Below are positions 8,669-19,646 of a DNA stretch of 64,000 nucleotides, piece by piece (positions within the stretch are counted from its first letter, which is position 1; each line of letters starts with the position of its first letter). Made by a program: the position numbers and the translations under genes. Below the pieces are notes generated by a model. It was not told the DNA's origin and searched no databases. It saw nothing but the letters and a program-made list of their open reading frames with translations. This DNA is from a virus. The DNA lies in IMG/VR virus record IMGVR_UViG_3300006736_003672, positions 1 through 64,000 of that record. One strand, 5' to 3'.

Positions 8669-9934
8669 TTGTCAGAAAAAATTAAGATCTTAACAATAAG
8701 CGATCATCCTTTATCTCAATCAGGGGTTGGATTGCAAACAAAAATGATGATTGAGGGTATGATTAAAACTGGTAAATATAAATTTATTAGTTTGGGTGGA
8801 GCAATCCAACATGCGGATTATACTCCAATTAAAGTTGGCGAATATGATGGCGATTGGATCATACTTCCAGTTGATGGGTATGGAAACCAAGATATGATTC
8901 GTTCAATGATCCATCGCGAGAGACCAGATATTTTATGGTTTATGACAGATCCTAGATTCTTTGACTGGCTATGGATGATAGAACATGAAATTCGACCATT
9001 GGTCCCAATGGTTTACTATCATGTTTGGGATAACTATCCTTATCCCAACTTCAACAAGCCCTTTTATGAATCAAATGATTTAGTTGTAGCAATATCAAAA
9101 GTAACGGACAGCATTGTTAAAGAAGTTGCTCCAAAAGTAGATAGTGTATACTTGCCACACGCCACAGAAACAGATATATTTAAAAAATACTCAGAAAACA
9201 AAGTTAAAGAGTTTAAATATCAAAGCTTTCCTGAAGATAAAAATATTGATAAGTTTATTGTTTTTTGGAATAGTCGAAATGCAAGAAGAAAACAAAGTGG
9301 TAGCTTAATCTATTGGTTTAAAACTTTTCTAGATAAAGTCGGTCATGATAAGGCGTCTCTTATTATGCATACAGATCCTAAAGACCCAAATGGGCAAGAT
9401 TTAGAAATAATCATTAAGGAATTGGAGCTTACAAGTGGTCAAGTGTTAATATCCAAAGAAAAATATCCTTCAGATATTATGGCTATGATGTACAATATGG
9501 CAGATTGCACAATTAGTGTATCAGATGCCGAAGGCTTTGGGTTATCTACATTTGAATCATTAGCATGTGAAACTCCAATAATTGTAACGATGACAGGGGG
9601 ACTACAAGAACAAGTTACCGATGGAAAAGAGTGGTTTGGCATCGGACTAGAACCAACATCAAAAGCTATTATTGGTTCTCAAATGGTGCCATATATTTAT
9701 GAAGATCGACTTTCCGAGAAGGTCGTTGTTGATGCGTTGGTAAAAATGTATAATTTGACAAAGGAAGAAAGAGAGGAATTAGGAAGAAAAGGCCGCGAGC
9801 ATGTTATGAAAAACTATAACTACGAAGAGTTTGTTAAGAAATGGGATGAAATTTTTACACAAATTTACAATGAGAAAGGATCTTGGAAAAATAGAAAAGA
9901 CCACCATGGTTGGCAATTAATAGAGGTAGCATGA
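8669..9934 (+). CDS. GT-B glycosyltransferase (GT4-like)
   Basis: NSRNARRK and AEGFGLSTFESLACETPII..TGGLQEQV. Confidence 0.9.
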   Translation: MSEKIKILTISDHPLSQSGVGLQTKMMIEGMIKTGKYKFISLGGAIQHADYTPIKVGEYDGDWIILPVDGYGNQDMIRSMIHRERPDILWFMTDPRFFDWLWMIEHEIRPLVPMVYYHVWDNYPYPNFNKPFYESNDLVVAISKVTDSIVKEVAPKVDSVYLPHATETDIFKKYSENKVKEFKYQSFPEDKNIDKFIVFWNSRNARRKQSGSLIYWFKTFLDKVGHDKASLIMHTDPKDPNGQDLEIIIKELELTSGQVLISKEKYPSDIMAMMYNMADCTISVSDAEGFGLSTFESLACETPIIVTMTGGLQEQVTDGKEWFGIGLEPTSKAIIGSQMVPYIYEDRLSEKVVVDALVKMYNLTKEEREELGRKGREHVMKNYNYEEFVKKWDEIFTQIYNEKGSWKNRKDHHGWQLIEVA

Positions 9935-11202
9935 AAAAGATAATAGTCAGAGGCCCGGCCCTCACAAGATCGGGATACGGAGAACAAACAAGATTTGCTT
10001 TAAGATCATTAAGAGCACATCAAGATAGGTTTGATATCTATCTTTTTCCTGTTGGGTGGGGACAAACAGGTTGGCTTTCAGATGACGATGAAGAGCGTCG
10101 TTGGATCGATTCAATTATAACAAAAACTGTTCATCATCAAAATAACGGAGGTGTATATGATATATCTTTGCAGGTGACGATACCTAATGAATGGGAGCGT
10201 ATGGCTCCAGTTAATATTGGGTATACTGCTGGAATTGAAACAACCAAAGTTTCTCCCGAGTGGATTCAGAAGTCAATGCTTATGGATAAAATTATTGTAG
10301 TATCAAATCACTCAAAAGACGTTTATCTCAACACTTCATACAGTGGCGTGGATCAAAATACTGGTCAAGAACTTAAAGATGTTAAATGTGTTACTCCCAT
10401 CGAGGTGGTTAACTATTCCGTTAGAAATATTGAACCCGAAAAGATTGATTTAAAATTAGATTATGATTTTAATTTTATATCAGTGGCACAGTGGAGTCCA
10501 AGAAAAAATTTAGAAGACACGATTAAGTGGTTTATACAAGAATTTATGGATGATGAAGTTGGACTAATTATCAAAGCTAGTATAAAAAATAATTCAATCA
10601 TTGACAAATATCAAACAGTTAAAGTGGTACACGAGCTTGTTACTGCCTGCTCTGCTGGTAAAGACAGAAAGTGTAAGATTTATTTATTGCACGGAGACAT
10701 GAGTGACGGCGAAATGACGTCTTTGTATCAAAACCCAAAAATTAAAGCTTTTATAAGTCTTTCTCATGGAGAAGGCTTCGGGCTTCCAATATTTGAAGCT
10801 TCTTACAACAGCCTTCCTGTGATCGCTCCTAATTGGAGCGGCCAGAATGATTTTCTTTATGCTCCCAAGAAAGATAAAAAGGGTAAAACAAAAATGAGGC
10901 CGCTTTTTGCTAATGTTGACTATGTTTTGAAACAAGTTCAACCAGAAGCAGTTTGGCCTGGTGTTATACAACAGGATTCCTTCTGGTGTTATCCACACCC
11001 GGGAGACTACAGAAAGAATCTCCGAGATGTTTATAAAAACTATGGTCAATATAAAAAGCAGGCCAAAGATCTTAAAAAATATATAATTGAAAATTTCACC
11101 GAAGAAACACAATACAAAAAGTTTGCTGATTTCATTTGCCCAGAAGAAGAATTTGAAATTGAAGATTGGTTAAGCAATTTAGATGTCAAAGAAATTGCTT
11201 AA
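9931..11202 (+). CDS. GT-B glycosyltransferase (GT4-like)
   Basis: RSGYG, QWSPRKN and SHGEGFGLPIFEA; GAGG RBS before ATG 9931. Confidence 0.9.
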   Translation: MKKIIVRGPALTRSGYGEQTRFALRSLRAHQDRFDIYLFPVGWGQTGWLSDDDEERRWIDSIITKTVHHQNNGGVYDISLQVTIPNEWERMAPVNIGYTAGIETTKVSPEWIQKSMLMDKIIVVSNHSKDVYLNTSYSGVDQNTGQELKDVKCVTPIEVVNYSVRNIEPEKIDLKLDYDFNFISVAQWSPRKNLEDTIKWFIQEFMDDEVGLIIKASIKNNSIIDKYQTVKVVHELVTACSAGKDRKCKIYLLHGDMSDGEMTSLYQNPKIKAFISLSHGEGFGLPIFEASYNSLPVIAPNWSGQNDFLYAPKKDKKGKTKMRPLFANVDYVLKQVQPEAVWPGVIQQDSFWCYPHPGDYRKNLRDVYKNYGQYKKQAKDLKKYIIENFTEETQYKKFADFICPEEEFEIEDWLSNLDVKEIA

Positions 11203-12044
11203 TGAAAATAGTCTTAATAGCAGATTTTTTTGTTGAAGACGGAATGCTCGGCGGCGGGGAATTAAATAACGATGAATTCGTTAAAATATTAACTTCACAA
11301 GATATAGAAGTTAAAAAAATAAATTCCAACATTGTTACACCAACGTTTATAAATGAAAATATTAAATCAAAATTTGTAATTGCTAATTTTGTAAGATTAC
11401 ATCAAGATTGTATAAACCTGTTGGTAGAAAAAGCAGATTATGTAATTTACGAACATGATCACAAGTACTTGACCACGAGAAATCCTTCAGATTTTGAGAA
11501 CTTTAAAGCCCCGAAAGATAAAATTATAAATTATGAATTTTATAAACACGCAAAGGCTGTTTTTGGTCAATCAAAATTTCATTGTGACATTATAAAGAAA
11601 AACCTAGGTTTACAAAATATACACAACTTAAGTGGCAATCTTTGGTCATTAGATAGTCTAGAAAAAATAAAGGAATTTTCGAAAAAAGAAAAAAAGAATC
11701 TTTATTCTATAATGCAATCAAATATACCTCATAAGAACACAACAGATGCTTTAAGATTTTGTAAATATAAACAATATCCTTATGAATTGATCCAAAGCGA
11801 CGTTTATTATAAGTTTCTAGAAAAACTGGGTACGAACAAATACCTAGTTTTTCTTCCAAAAACTCCAGAAACTCTTTCTAGAATAGTCGTAGAAGCAAGA
11901 ATGATGAACGTTTCAGTAATAACAAATAGTCTGGTTGGAGCGTCCTTTGAGCCATGGTTTGAATTAAAAGGCAAAGAATTAATTGATATAATGCTATTGA
12001 AGCGTGACAAAATTGTTAATAACATTATTAAGATTTTAAAATGA
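11202..12044 (+). CDS. Glycosyltransferase-like protein (GT-B)
   Basis: GGGELN N-terminal motif and PETLSRIVVEARMM (E-x7-E). Confidence 0.7.
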   Translation: MKIVLIADFFVEDGMLGGGELNNDEFVKILTSQDIEVKKINSNIVTPTFINENIKSKFVIANFVRLHQDCINLLVEKADYVIYEHDHKYLTTRNPSDFENFKAPKDKIINYEFYKHAKAVFGQSKFHCDIIKKNLGLQNIHNLSGNLWSLDSLEKIKEFSKKEKKNLYSIMQSNIPHKNTTDALRFCKYKQYPYELIQSDVYYKFLEKLGTNKYLVFLPKTPETLSRIVVEARMMNVSVITNSLVGASFEPWFELKGKELIDIMLLKRDKIVNNIIKILK

Positions 12045-12967
12045 AGATTTATATAGAAAAATCTAAAATTAATGGCGCCTGGATATGGATTAACAAAGGT
12101 TATAAATCTGCTTGGAACAACGAAGGTTTCGATGTTAAAGAATATACCAATATAGAAGAAATTAACGAACCAAATGGTTCGTATGATATCATGTCTTCTG
12201 ACTGGCATATAAAGACACAGAATGCAGTAGATGTTCTTGCTAAATCTAGACGTGCTTATTTGTTTGCACAGCCGAATAATTTTCCGGGGCCATGGAACCG
12301 ACACCCAAATTTCACGAGTGTCATATCAGGTGAACACACTGCGCAGATTAATGAATCTGAAAACATATATTTGTGGTCATGGGCAGAAGTTGACAATGAG
12401 TTAGGAAGAGATGTTTTTTCTAAATGGAAAGAGATTAATGTAGTCCCATTGGCGTTTGATTCAGTTAATTATTCTGAAATGTCAGACAAAAGATATGAAT
12501 ATGATGTTTGTTTTATTGGAGGATGGGCAAATAACGGATTTGACGAAAAACGTAAACTTATGTTAGAATATTTTCGCCCTTTTATGAAGTCTGGTTTAAA
12601 GTGTGGAATATTTGTTGGTAAAAACTTAACACACGAACAAGAGAATTTAGTGTTATGTAACAGTAAAGTTTCTATCAATGTACATGACGCGCACCATCAT
12701 CATACGCACTTTGACACTAATGAAAGGACATTCAAGTCGCTAGCATTAACTGGTCTTCTTGTTAGTGATGCCGGCGGCCAAAGGCAAATGAAGAAATATT
12801 TTGCAAATGTTCCCTTGTGTAAAAACCCAGAAGAAATGTTTGACGTTGTAGAAAGATATGTTAATATGCCAGAAGAAGAATTAAAACCAATGAAAGAAAA
12901 AAATAGAAAAGAAATAAAACAAAATCACACATACATTAATCGTGTTAGGCAGATGGCAAAACTATGA
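12041..12967 (+). CDS. CgeB-like glycosyltransferase (Glyco_trans_1_2)
   Basis: YDVCFIGG, SKVSINVH, NERTFKSL and C-terminal HTYINRVRQM. Confidence 0.8.
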   Translation: MKIYIEKSKINGAWIWINKGYKSAWNNEGFDVKEYTNIEEINEPNGSYDIMSSDWHIKTQNAVDVLAKSRRAYLFAQPNNFPGPWNRHPNFTSVISGEHTAQINESENIYLWSWAEVDNELGRDVFSKWKEINVVPLAFDSVNYSEMSDKRYEYDVCFIGGWANNGFDEKRKLMLEYFRPFMKSGLKCGIFVGKNLTHEQENLVLCNSKVSINVHDAHHHHTHFDTNERTFKSLALTGLLVSDAGGQRQMKKYFANVPLCKNPEEMFDVVERYVNMPEEELKPMKEKNRKEIKQNHTYINRVRQMAKL

Positions 12968-13698
12968 AAATTAGTGTAATAATACCGTGTTATAATGCCG
13001 AAAGGTGGATTGAAAAATGTGTTTTATCTGCAATAAATCAAGATTATGAAAATAAAGAAATTATAGTTGTTGACAACGAAAGTACAGATAATAGTTTAAA
13101 TCTTATTAAAAATTTAAAAGAGAAACATAATGATTTAATTGTAAGTTCCGCAGAAAATATTTATAAGTACTCATGGACAGAGCCAGTAGACGAAGGTCTT
13201 AGATTATCTTCTGGCGATTATATAACAATTGTTGGAGCAGACGATTTCTTAGACGCAACATATTTGTCTAATGTTATGAAATGTATAATGCTAGATCCGA
13301 AAAAAATATTAGCATTTCAAAGCCCAATTAGATCTGTCAACGGGGCAGAAGAAACATATGCTGGCGATATAGGTCACAGCTATAAGAGTTTGGATGACTT
13401 TAAAAATCAACTTTTCGAAAAATGCCCCGTTACAACTCCGAGTGTTTTTTATAGTAAAAAAATACATGAAAATGGGTTGTTAACGTGGAACTCTGAAAAA
13501 TATTTAGGAGCGTCAGATTATGATCTATATTTTAGATTAGCAGACAACAATATATTTATATATCCAGCTCCTAAGTGGCTTGGATATTATTATAGATGGC
13601 ACGACAAACAAGCTACTTGGGGGATGCACTCTGAAAAAGTCAGTTATGACAATATTATAAAAAAACACTGGAAAGAAAAATGGGACAAGTCAGAGTAG
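12964..13698 (+). CDS. GT2 glycosyltransferase
   Basis: ISVIIPCYNAE, VVDNESTD, GADD and SDYDLY. Confidence 0.92.
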   Translation: MKISVIIPCYNAERWIEKCVLSAINQDYENKEIIVVDNESTDNSLNLIKNLKEKHNDLIVSSAENIYKYSWTEPVDEGLRLSSGDYITIVGADDFLDATYLSNVMKCIMLDPKKILAFQSPIRSVNGAEETYAGDIGHSYKSLDDFKNQLFEKCPVTTPSVFYSKKIHENGLLTWNSEKYLGASDYDLYFRLADNNIFIYPAPKWLGYYYRWHDKQATWGMHSEKVSYDNIIKKHWKEKWDKSE

Positions 13699-15479
13699 CA
13701 GATTATATAGTTGATAGAATTAGTCAACTAGGAGTAAAAGATATTTTCACCCTTACTGGTGGAGGAGCCATGTTTTTAAATGATGCTGTAGGAAAACATC
13801 CAAATATTCGTGCTGTATTTAACCATCACGAACAAGCGTGTGCCATGGCAGCAGTTGGATATGCTAAATACAATAATGATTTTGCCGTTGTGATGCCTAC
13901 AACGGGATGTGGGTGCACTAATACTATTACTGGATTATTAGAGGCGTGGCAAGACAATGTAAAGTGCTTGTTTATTTCAGGCCAAGTTAATAAATCTCAA
14001 ACAACGTATAATTGTGATTTACCACTCAGGCAGATAGGAGTGCAAGAAGCAAATGTTATTGAGATGGTTAAATCTATAACAAAATATTCTGTCATGATTA
14101 ATGATCCAGAACAAATAGCTTATCACCTTGATAAGGCAATATATTTAGCAGAGTCTGGTAGACCAGGGCCAGTTTGGCTAGACATTCCATTGGATGTACA
14201 GGGTGCCTATATAGACCCTCTAGAGGTTAGAAGGTTCGAACCTGAAGAAGAAAATACTTTCAAAGAAACCCCACTGAAAGAAGAATATGAAATTTTAGAA
14301 GATTACTTCAACGAGGCAAAAAGACCGGTGTTGCTGGTTGGCAACGGCGTAAGGATGGCTTCTGCTATAAATGAGCTTAAGCATTTTGTTGAAAAATTTA
14401 ATATCCCTACGGTCACAACTTTTCTAGGAATAGATTTGTTGCCTAGTCACCACCCATTAAACATAGGGCGCATTGGAATCAAGGGAAACCGAGCCGCAAA
14501 TTTTGCAGTTCAGAATTCTGATTTATTGTTGACAGTTGGAACCAGATTGGGAGTTCCAGTTGTTGGGTATAAGTATGAATTGTTTGCGAGAGAGGCAAAA
14601 ATAGTTGTTGTTGACATTGATCCTGAAGAGCATAAAAAAGATACCATTAAAATAGATTATTTTATTAATGCAGATGCAAAATTATTTTTAGAGGGATGCA
14701 ATTTCGAAAAACAATTTGATCAAACTTGGGCAAACACGTGTTTGGGATGGAAAAACAAGTGGAGAATTTGTCAGCCTGATTGGGAAGAAGACCGAGAAGG
14801 GATAAATCTTTATTATTTTACTGATAAGCTTTCGAAAAACAATAAAAGAGACTCTGTCGTTGTTTCTGATGCTGGTTCTTCCTATTATGTAACGTCACAA
14901 TTTTTAGACATATCACATGAGCAGAGACATATTACATCTGGTGCCCAAGCAGACATGGGCTTTACTATTCCTGCCGCCATAGGAGTCAGCGTAGCAAAAA
15001 ACAATGGTGATGTAATAGGTATTACAGGAGATGGGTCTTTTCAAACAAACATACAAGAACTACAAACAATTGTACAATACCAATTGCCAATCAAATTATT
15101 TGTTTGGAATAATCATGGTTATTTATCAATTAGAACCACACAAAAGAAATTTTTTAAAAACGATTTTGTAGGAGTTGATAATGAAAGTGGAATTTCTTTT
15201 CCAAATACAGAAAAAATTGCCAATGCTTATGGAATCAAATATTTCAATATTAAAAAATCAAAAGACATAGATAAAATTTTAAAAGAAGTCATTGATTACA
15301 GTGGTCCAGTTATATGTGAGGTTATGTGTCAGAAGTGGCAAGAAATAGTGCCCACTTTAGTTTCAACTAAGACAAAAGATGGTCGTGTTGTATCTAGGCC
15401 TTTTGAAGACATGTATCCTATTTTATCAAGAGAAGAGTTTTATGAGAATATGATTGTTAAACCGATTGAATATGATTAA
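13680..15479 (+). CDS. ThDP-dependent acetolactate-synthase-like carboligase (YerE-like, branched-chain sugar biosynthesis)
   Basis: HHEQACAMAA, SGRPGPVWLDIP and the ThDP motif GDGSFQ...NNHGY; located inside an NDP-sugar cluster. Confidence 0.85.
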   Translation: MGQVRVADYIVDRISQLGVKDIFTLTGGGAMFLNDAVGKHPNIRAVFNHHEQACAMAAVGYAKYNNDFAVVMPTTGCGCTNTITGLLEAWQDNVKCLFISGQVNKSQTTYNCDLPLRQIGVQEANVIEMVKSITKYSVMINDPEQIAYHLDKAIYLAESGRPGPVWLDIPLDVQGAYIDPLEVRRFEPEEENTFKETPLKEEYEILEDYFNEAKRPVLLVGNGVRMASAINELKHFVEKFNIPTVTTFLGIDLLPSHHPLNIGRIGIKGNRAANFAVQNSDLLLTVGTRLGVPVVGYKYELFAREAKIVVVDIDPEEHKKDTIKIDYFINADAKLFLEGCNFEKQFDQTWANTCLGWKNKWRICQPDWEEDREGINLYYFTDKLSKNNKRDSVVVSDAGSSYYVTSQFLDISHEQRHITSGAQADMGFTIPAAIGVSVAKNNGDVIGITGDGSFQTNIQELQTIVQYQLPIKLFVWNNHGYLSIRTTQKKFFKNDFVGVDNESGISFPNTEKIANAYGIKYFNIKKSKDIDKILKEVIDYSGPVICEVMCQKWQEIVPTLVSTKTKDGRVVSRPFEDMYPILSREEFYENMIVKPIEYD

Positions 15480-15487
15480 AAAAAATC

Positions 15488-15516
15488 TTAATAAAAAAAT
15501 AATTTTGTGTTATTAT
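15488..15516 (+). promoter_or_regulatory. Putative extended -10 sigma70 promoter upstream of panB
   Basis: TTAATA, 17 bp spacer, TGtTATTAT in the intergenic gap; GGAGG RBS at 15539-15543. The region is AT-rich, so a chance match is possible. Confidence 0.4.
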
Positions 15517-15548
15517 TAAGATTGAACAACCACAACTCGGAGGAAAAA

Positions 15549-16472
15549 ATGGCTGCTAATGATAAAAATAAAGTTACGATTTTAAAATTAAGAAAACAAA
15601 AAAGGGAAGGGCAAAAAACTGTTTTGGCCACATCGTATGATTACCCGCAAGCGGTAATTACAGATGGCGCAGGAGTTGATGCTATTCTTGTGGGAGATTC
15701 TTTGGGAATGACAACTTTGGGTCACAAAACCACAATTCCTGTAACAATGGATGATATGGTTTTACACTGTGAAGCTGTTTCGAGAGGAGCAAAAAATGCT
15801 TTTCTTATTGGAGATATGCCCTATATGTCTTATCAAGTGTCTAACGAAGAAGCAGTTTACAACGCAGGAAGATTTATAAGGTCTGGCATGGATTGTGTTA
15901 AAGTAGAAGGAGCAATGACAGACAGAATTAAAGCTATTGCGGAGTCTGGGATATTGGTTATGAGCCATCTTGGCCTCACTCCTCATACGAGAGCTAAGCT
16001 TGGTGGTTATAGAGTGCAAGGTAAAACTGCTGAGCAAGCAGATATTATTTTAGAACAAGCTCTTAAATTACAAGAAGCTGGTTGCTCGTTCTTATTATTA
16101 GAAGCGATGCCGAAGGAACCAGCAGAACTAATTGCTAAGGAATTGTCAATACCAGTGTATGGAATCGGCGCCGGCGACAGAGTCGACGGACAGCTTGTTA
16201 TTTTTCATGATTTAATGGGCCTGTTTTGGGAATTTAAATCCAAGTTTGTTAAAAGGTATTGCGAAGCTGGCCAAATTATGCAAAAGGCAATGATAGAATA
16301 CGCGGATGAAGTTAGAAATGGTGTCTTTCCGTCCGAAGAGAATTTTTATGAAATTAAAGATGAAGAACTTGAAAAACTTCTTTCTGATAGCAAATGGAAA
16401 TATGAAACAGATCAAGGATTCCCTACTAATCACTGTTTAACGCCAAACACGGTTACAAGAAAAAATAAATAG
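15549..16472 (+). CDS. panB: 3-methyl-2-oxobutanoate hydroxymethyltransferase (PanB family)
   Basis: TSYDYP, ILVGDSLGM, GDMPYMSY, VKVEG, HLGLTP, GYRVQGK, YGIGAG and DGQLVIFHDLMG. Confidence 0.92.
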   Translation: MAANDKNKVTILKLRKQKREGQKTVLATSYDYPQAVITDGAGVDAILVGDSLGMTTLGHKTTIPVTMDDMVLHCEAVSRGAKNAFLIGDMPYMSYQVSNEEAVYNAGRFIRSGMDCVKVEGAMTDRIKAIAESGILVMSHLGLTPHTRAKLGGYRVQGKTAEQADIILEQALKLQEAGCSFLLLEAMPKEPAELIAKELSIPVYGIGAGDRVDGQLVIFHDLMGLFWEFKSKFVKRYCEAGQIMQKAMIEYADEVRNGVFPSEENFYEIKDEELEKLLSDSKWKYETDQGFPTNHCLTPNTVTRKNK

Positions 16473-17324
16473 GTGAAGATATTAGTAACAGGGTGTAGTG
16501 GCTTTATTAGCCGCGAATTCGTTTCATATTTTAAAAACATAAATCATGCAATATATCTAACAAATAGAAATAATTTAAATGTTCTTAATGAGCAAGAAGT
16601 TGATAATTTCTTTAAAGATAATAAAATTGATGTAGTTGTTCATTCTGCCGCCAAAGGAGGTCGAAGAACATGTAAAGAATCTTATGAAGATTTTTTATGC
16701 AATATGAGAATGTATGATAACCTAAGCAAACATGCAGATGAGTTTAAGATGATGTTTCATTTTGGATCTGGCGCGGAGTTTGATAGACGAACGGACATAG
16801 ATGATGTTAAAGAAGAAGAAATATATGATTCCTTTCCTGTTGATTTTTATGGTTTCTCAAAAAAGATGATCGCGAAAAAAATTAAGAAACATAGTGACAA
16901 TATTATAAATTTGAGATTGTTTGGATGTTTTGGAATTCAGGAAAATGAAGATCGAATGATCAAGTCCAATATAAAAAGATATGTGAACAATGAACCTATC
17001 ATTATACACAAAAATAAAAAGATGGATTTTTTCTTCGCGGAAGATCTGTGTAGAGTAATAGAGTTTTATTTGCAAAATTGGAACCCGGGCACACCGCGAG
17101 ATGTTAATATGGTGTATCCCCAAAAAGAAACTTTAAAGGACATAGCCAACATGATAAATTTTCTATCAGAGAACAAGAGTAAAATTATTGTAGAACAGGA
17201 TGGCCTTGATAACTCATACTGTGGAAACGGAGAAAAGCTAAATAATTTAAATATTGACCTAGTTGGGCTTAGTTATGGACTGCGTAAGTTGTATAGTTCC
17301 TTGTTTAACAAAAAGAGATTCTAG
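16473..17324 (+). CDS. NAD-dependent epimerase/reductase (extended SDR)
   Basis: ILVTGCSGFI, FGSGAEF and YGFSK. Confidence 0.88.
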   Translation: MKILVTGCSGFISREFVSYFKNINHAIYLTNRNNLNVLNEQEVDNFFKDNKIDVVVHSAAKGGRRTCKESYEDFLCNMRMYDNLSKHADEFKMMFHFGSGAEFDRRTDIDDVKEEEIYDSFPVDFYGFSKKMIAKKIKKHSDNIINLRLFGCFGIQENEDRMIKSNIKRYVNNEPIIIHKNKKMDFFFAEDLCRVIEFYLQNWNPGTPRDVNMVYPQKETLKDIANMINFLSENKSKIIVEQDGLDNSYCGNGEKLNNLNIDLVGLSYGLRKLYSSLFNKKRF

Positions 17325-17333
17325 TGTTATGAT
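17305..17333 (+). promoter_or_regulatory. Sigma70-type promoter with extended -10
   Basis: TTAACA (17305-17310), 17 bp spacer, TG at 17325-17326, TATGAT (17328-17333); same architecture as the promoter at 2419. Confidence 0.5.
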
Positions 17334-17341
17334 TGTGGAAC

Positions 17342-18304
17342 ATGCATGATGTTGTAATATTTATTATGAGTTCTGGACCAAATGTTGGTTTGAGCGGTAA
17401 GGCAAATTTGACTGAAACTGTGTATTCCATTTCTAAAAACATTGGAGATGTCGATTACAAATATTATATTGTGACAGATTCTCGTTCACAAGAAAAATTT
17501 GCTCATGAATTGTTTTCTCACGAATCTCTCAAACATGTAGTAAAACCAGAATCTTTATTAGAGGTGAAATATTCAGAAGATTCATGGGCAAGGGAATTTA
17601 ATTTGTTTTTTGATAACCACAAAGACAATACTAAATATGTTTTATTTTCACATGATGATTTGATAGTTAAGACTCCTGATTTTTTTACAAAGACTCTCGA
17701 AGAAATTAAAGATGCTAAAGATCCAATTGGGTGGATATCTTTTACAAATGATAGATATTATAAGTTCGATAAAAATCCAGTAGCTAATTCTTTTAAGGAT
17801 CCTTTTTGCCTAGACAGACACAACGATCCTAGAATTTACGAATGTCATAATTTTGAGCCTGATGAGAAAGTTACAGAACAAAATTATGATAAACTAGATT
17901 TTCCGAATAGAGCAGTTAAATGTCATGGGCCTTATGCTCATTTAAACTTGGTAAGCTCCGAAGCTCTTGAGAAAATAGGACCATGTGTTGAGTGGACAGA
18001 TTATACAATTTTAATTGATAATGACTGGGCTCTAGAATCTCTTAAATCAGGGTTCTTCAATGTTTGGATACCAGATGTTTTATATACACACCCAAATCCA
18101 AAATACCCGAGAACGCCTGGCACTGATTTGAGATTTGAAAGAGAGGCACATGAGAAATTTTATAAAAAATGGGGGTTCCCATTGTGGGAAATGCCCCTTA
18201 GTGACGATGTTATTGTTTACATTAGGCAGAAATTTAAAGATACCAATATACCATTGTCATCTTATAGGAATTCTTATGATTGGGATTATTTAAAAGATGA
18301 ATGA
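17342..18304 (+). CDS. GT-A (GT2-like) glycosyltransferase
   Basis: YVLFSHDDL (DxD-like), IDNDWAL, VLYTH and FYKKWG. Confidence 0.65.
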   Translation: MHDVVIFIMSSGPNVGLSGKANLTETVYSISKNIGDVDYKYYIVTDSRSQEKFAHELFSHESLKHVVKPESLLEVKYSEDSWAREFNLFFDNHKDNTKYVLFSHDDLIVKTPDFFTKTLEEIKDAKDPIGWISFTNDRYYKFDKNPVANSFKDPFCLDRHNDPRIYECHNFEPDEKVTEQNYDKLDFPNRAVKCHGPYAHLNLVSSEALEKIGPCVEWTDYTILIDNDWALESLKSGFFNVWIPDVLYTHPNPKYPRTPGTDLRFEREAHEKFYKKWGFPLWEMPLSDDVIVYIRQKFKDTNIPLSSYRNSYDWDYLKDE

Positions 18305-19646
18305 GTTAGATCAGATACTAAAGCCACTTTCCGAATATATAGAAAATAAAAAAAGAAGAGAAACGGTGTGGCACCCGGGAAAAGATTGGGTTTCATATTC
18401 AGGAGATGTGTTTTCAAAAGACGAATATCTTGCTGCAATTAAGTCTTTGATTGATGGGTGGTTGGTGTTTGGAAAAAAGAGTCGACAATTTGAAATAGAA
18501 TTCGCGCCACACTTAGGAATGGATAAGGGAATATTAACAAATTCTGGATCTTCTGCCAATTTGTTAATGGTGTCCGCGCTCAAATCTAAAAATCTTTATA
18601 ATTTTCCTGTGGGTACAAAAATTATTACTCCAATTGTGTGTTTTCCAACAACGGTAAATCCAATACTTCAGTGTGGCTTTGTTCCTGTTTTTGTTGACTC
18701 CACGTTGCCTGATTTAAATTTAGATCTGGGTCAGGTTGAAAAAATATTAGAAGAAGATACAAATAGAGAGATTAAGGCTATAATGTTCGCTCACGCCCTC
18801 GGAAATCCCCCAAATATGGATAAAGTTATGGAACTGGTACAAAGGTATGATCTGATTCTATTAGAAGACGCATGCGATGCTTTAGGATCAACTTACGATG
18901 GAAAGAAACTGGGCTCTTTTGGAGATATGTCATCTTGTTCTTTTTACCCTGCACATCACATGACGCTTGGTGAAGGAGGTTTCGTAGCCACAAATAAGGC
19001 AAGGAATCATAAAGTTTTATTAAGTTTACGTGACTGGGGAAGAGCTTGTTTTTGCAATACTAAAAAGCCTGGAGATGTGACGGGAGAAACTGCATGCGGT
19101 AATAGATTTAGAAAGTGGCTTCCCAAAAATAAAGATTTAATCTACGATCATCGATATGTGTATAATGAGATAGGTTTTAATTTGAGGCCATTAGAATTGC
19201 AAGCTGCGATTGGTTTAGAACAACTTAAGAAAGTAGAAAGTTTCCACTCTTCTCGTATTAAAAACTTTAATTATCTTTTAGATGTTTTCAAACCATACAA
19301 AAAATACTTTCACCTTCCAAGACCGACAGAAAAATCGAACCCTTCATGGTTTGCTTTTCTGTTAACTATCAGAGATAGCGCTTCTTTTAGCAGAGTTGAC
19401 TTTATAAAACATTTGGAAGATGCTAAAATACAAACTAGAAATTATTTTTCAGGCAACCTGTTATATCATCCTGCTTATTCGGAACTGGCAGAACAATATG
19501 AAGATTTAAAGGAAATGTTTCCTGTGGCGCATAAGGCTGCAACTAATTCTTTTTTCCTAGGAACATATCCTGGACTAACAAAGGAAAAATTAAGATATAT
19601 ACGTAAAGTTGTAAATGGTTTTTTTAAAGGGAGAATTACAAAATGA
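18297..19646 (+). CDS. rfbH: NDP-4-keto-6-deoxyglucose 3-dehydrase (E1/DdhC/RfbH)
   Basis: NSGSSANL, LEDACDALGS, SFYPAHHMTLGEGG (His in place of the PLP Lys) and DWGRACFC...C Fe-S motif. Confidence 0.9.
   Translation: MNELDQILKPLSEYIENKKRRETVWHPGKDWVSYSGDVFSKDEYLAAIKSLIDGWLVFGKKSRQFEIEFAPHLGMDKGILTNSGSSANLLMVSALKSKNLYNFPVGTKIITPIVCFPTTVNPILQCGFVPVFVDSTLPDLNLDLGQVEKILEEDTNREIKAIMFAHALGNPPNMDKVMELVQRYDLILLEDACDALGSTYDGKKLGSFGDMSSCSFYPAHHMTLGEGGFVATNKARNHKVLLSLRDWGRACFCNTKKPGDVTGETACGNRFRKWLPKNKDLIYDHRYVYNEIGFNLRPLELQAAIGLEQLKKVESFHSSRIKNFNYLLDVFKPYKKYFHLPRPTEKSNPSWFAFLLTIRDSASFSRVDFIKHLEDAKIQTRNYFSGNLLYHPAYSELAEQYEDLKEMFPVAHKAATNSFFLGTYPGLTKEKLRYIRKVVNGFFKGRITK

Noticed and set aside
13680-16472. 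Housekeeping ilvB-panB pantothenate or branched-chain amino acid operon
   Set aside because: There is no ilvN/ilvC/ilvD or panC/panD/panE, and the genes are flanked by NDP-sugar enzymes. A vitamin B5 auxiliary role for PanB is not fully excluded.
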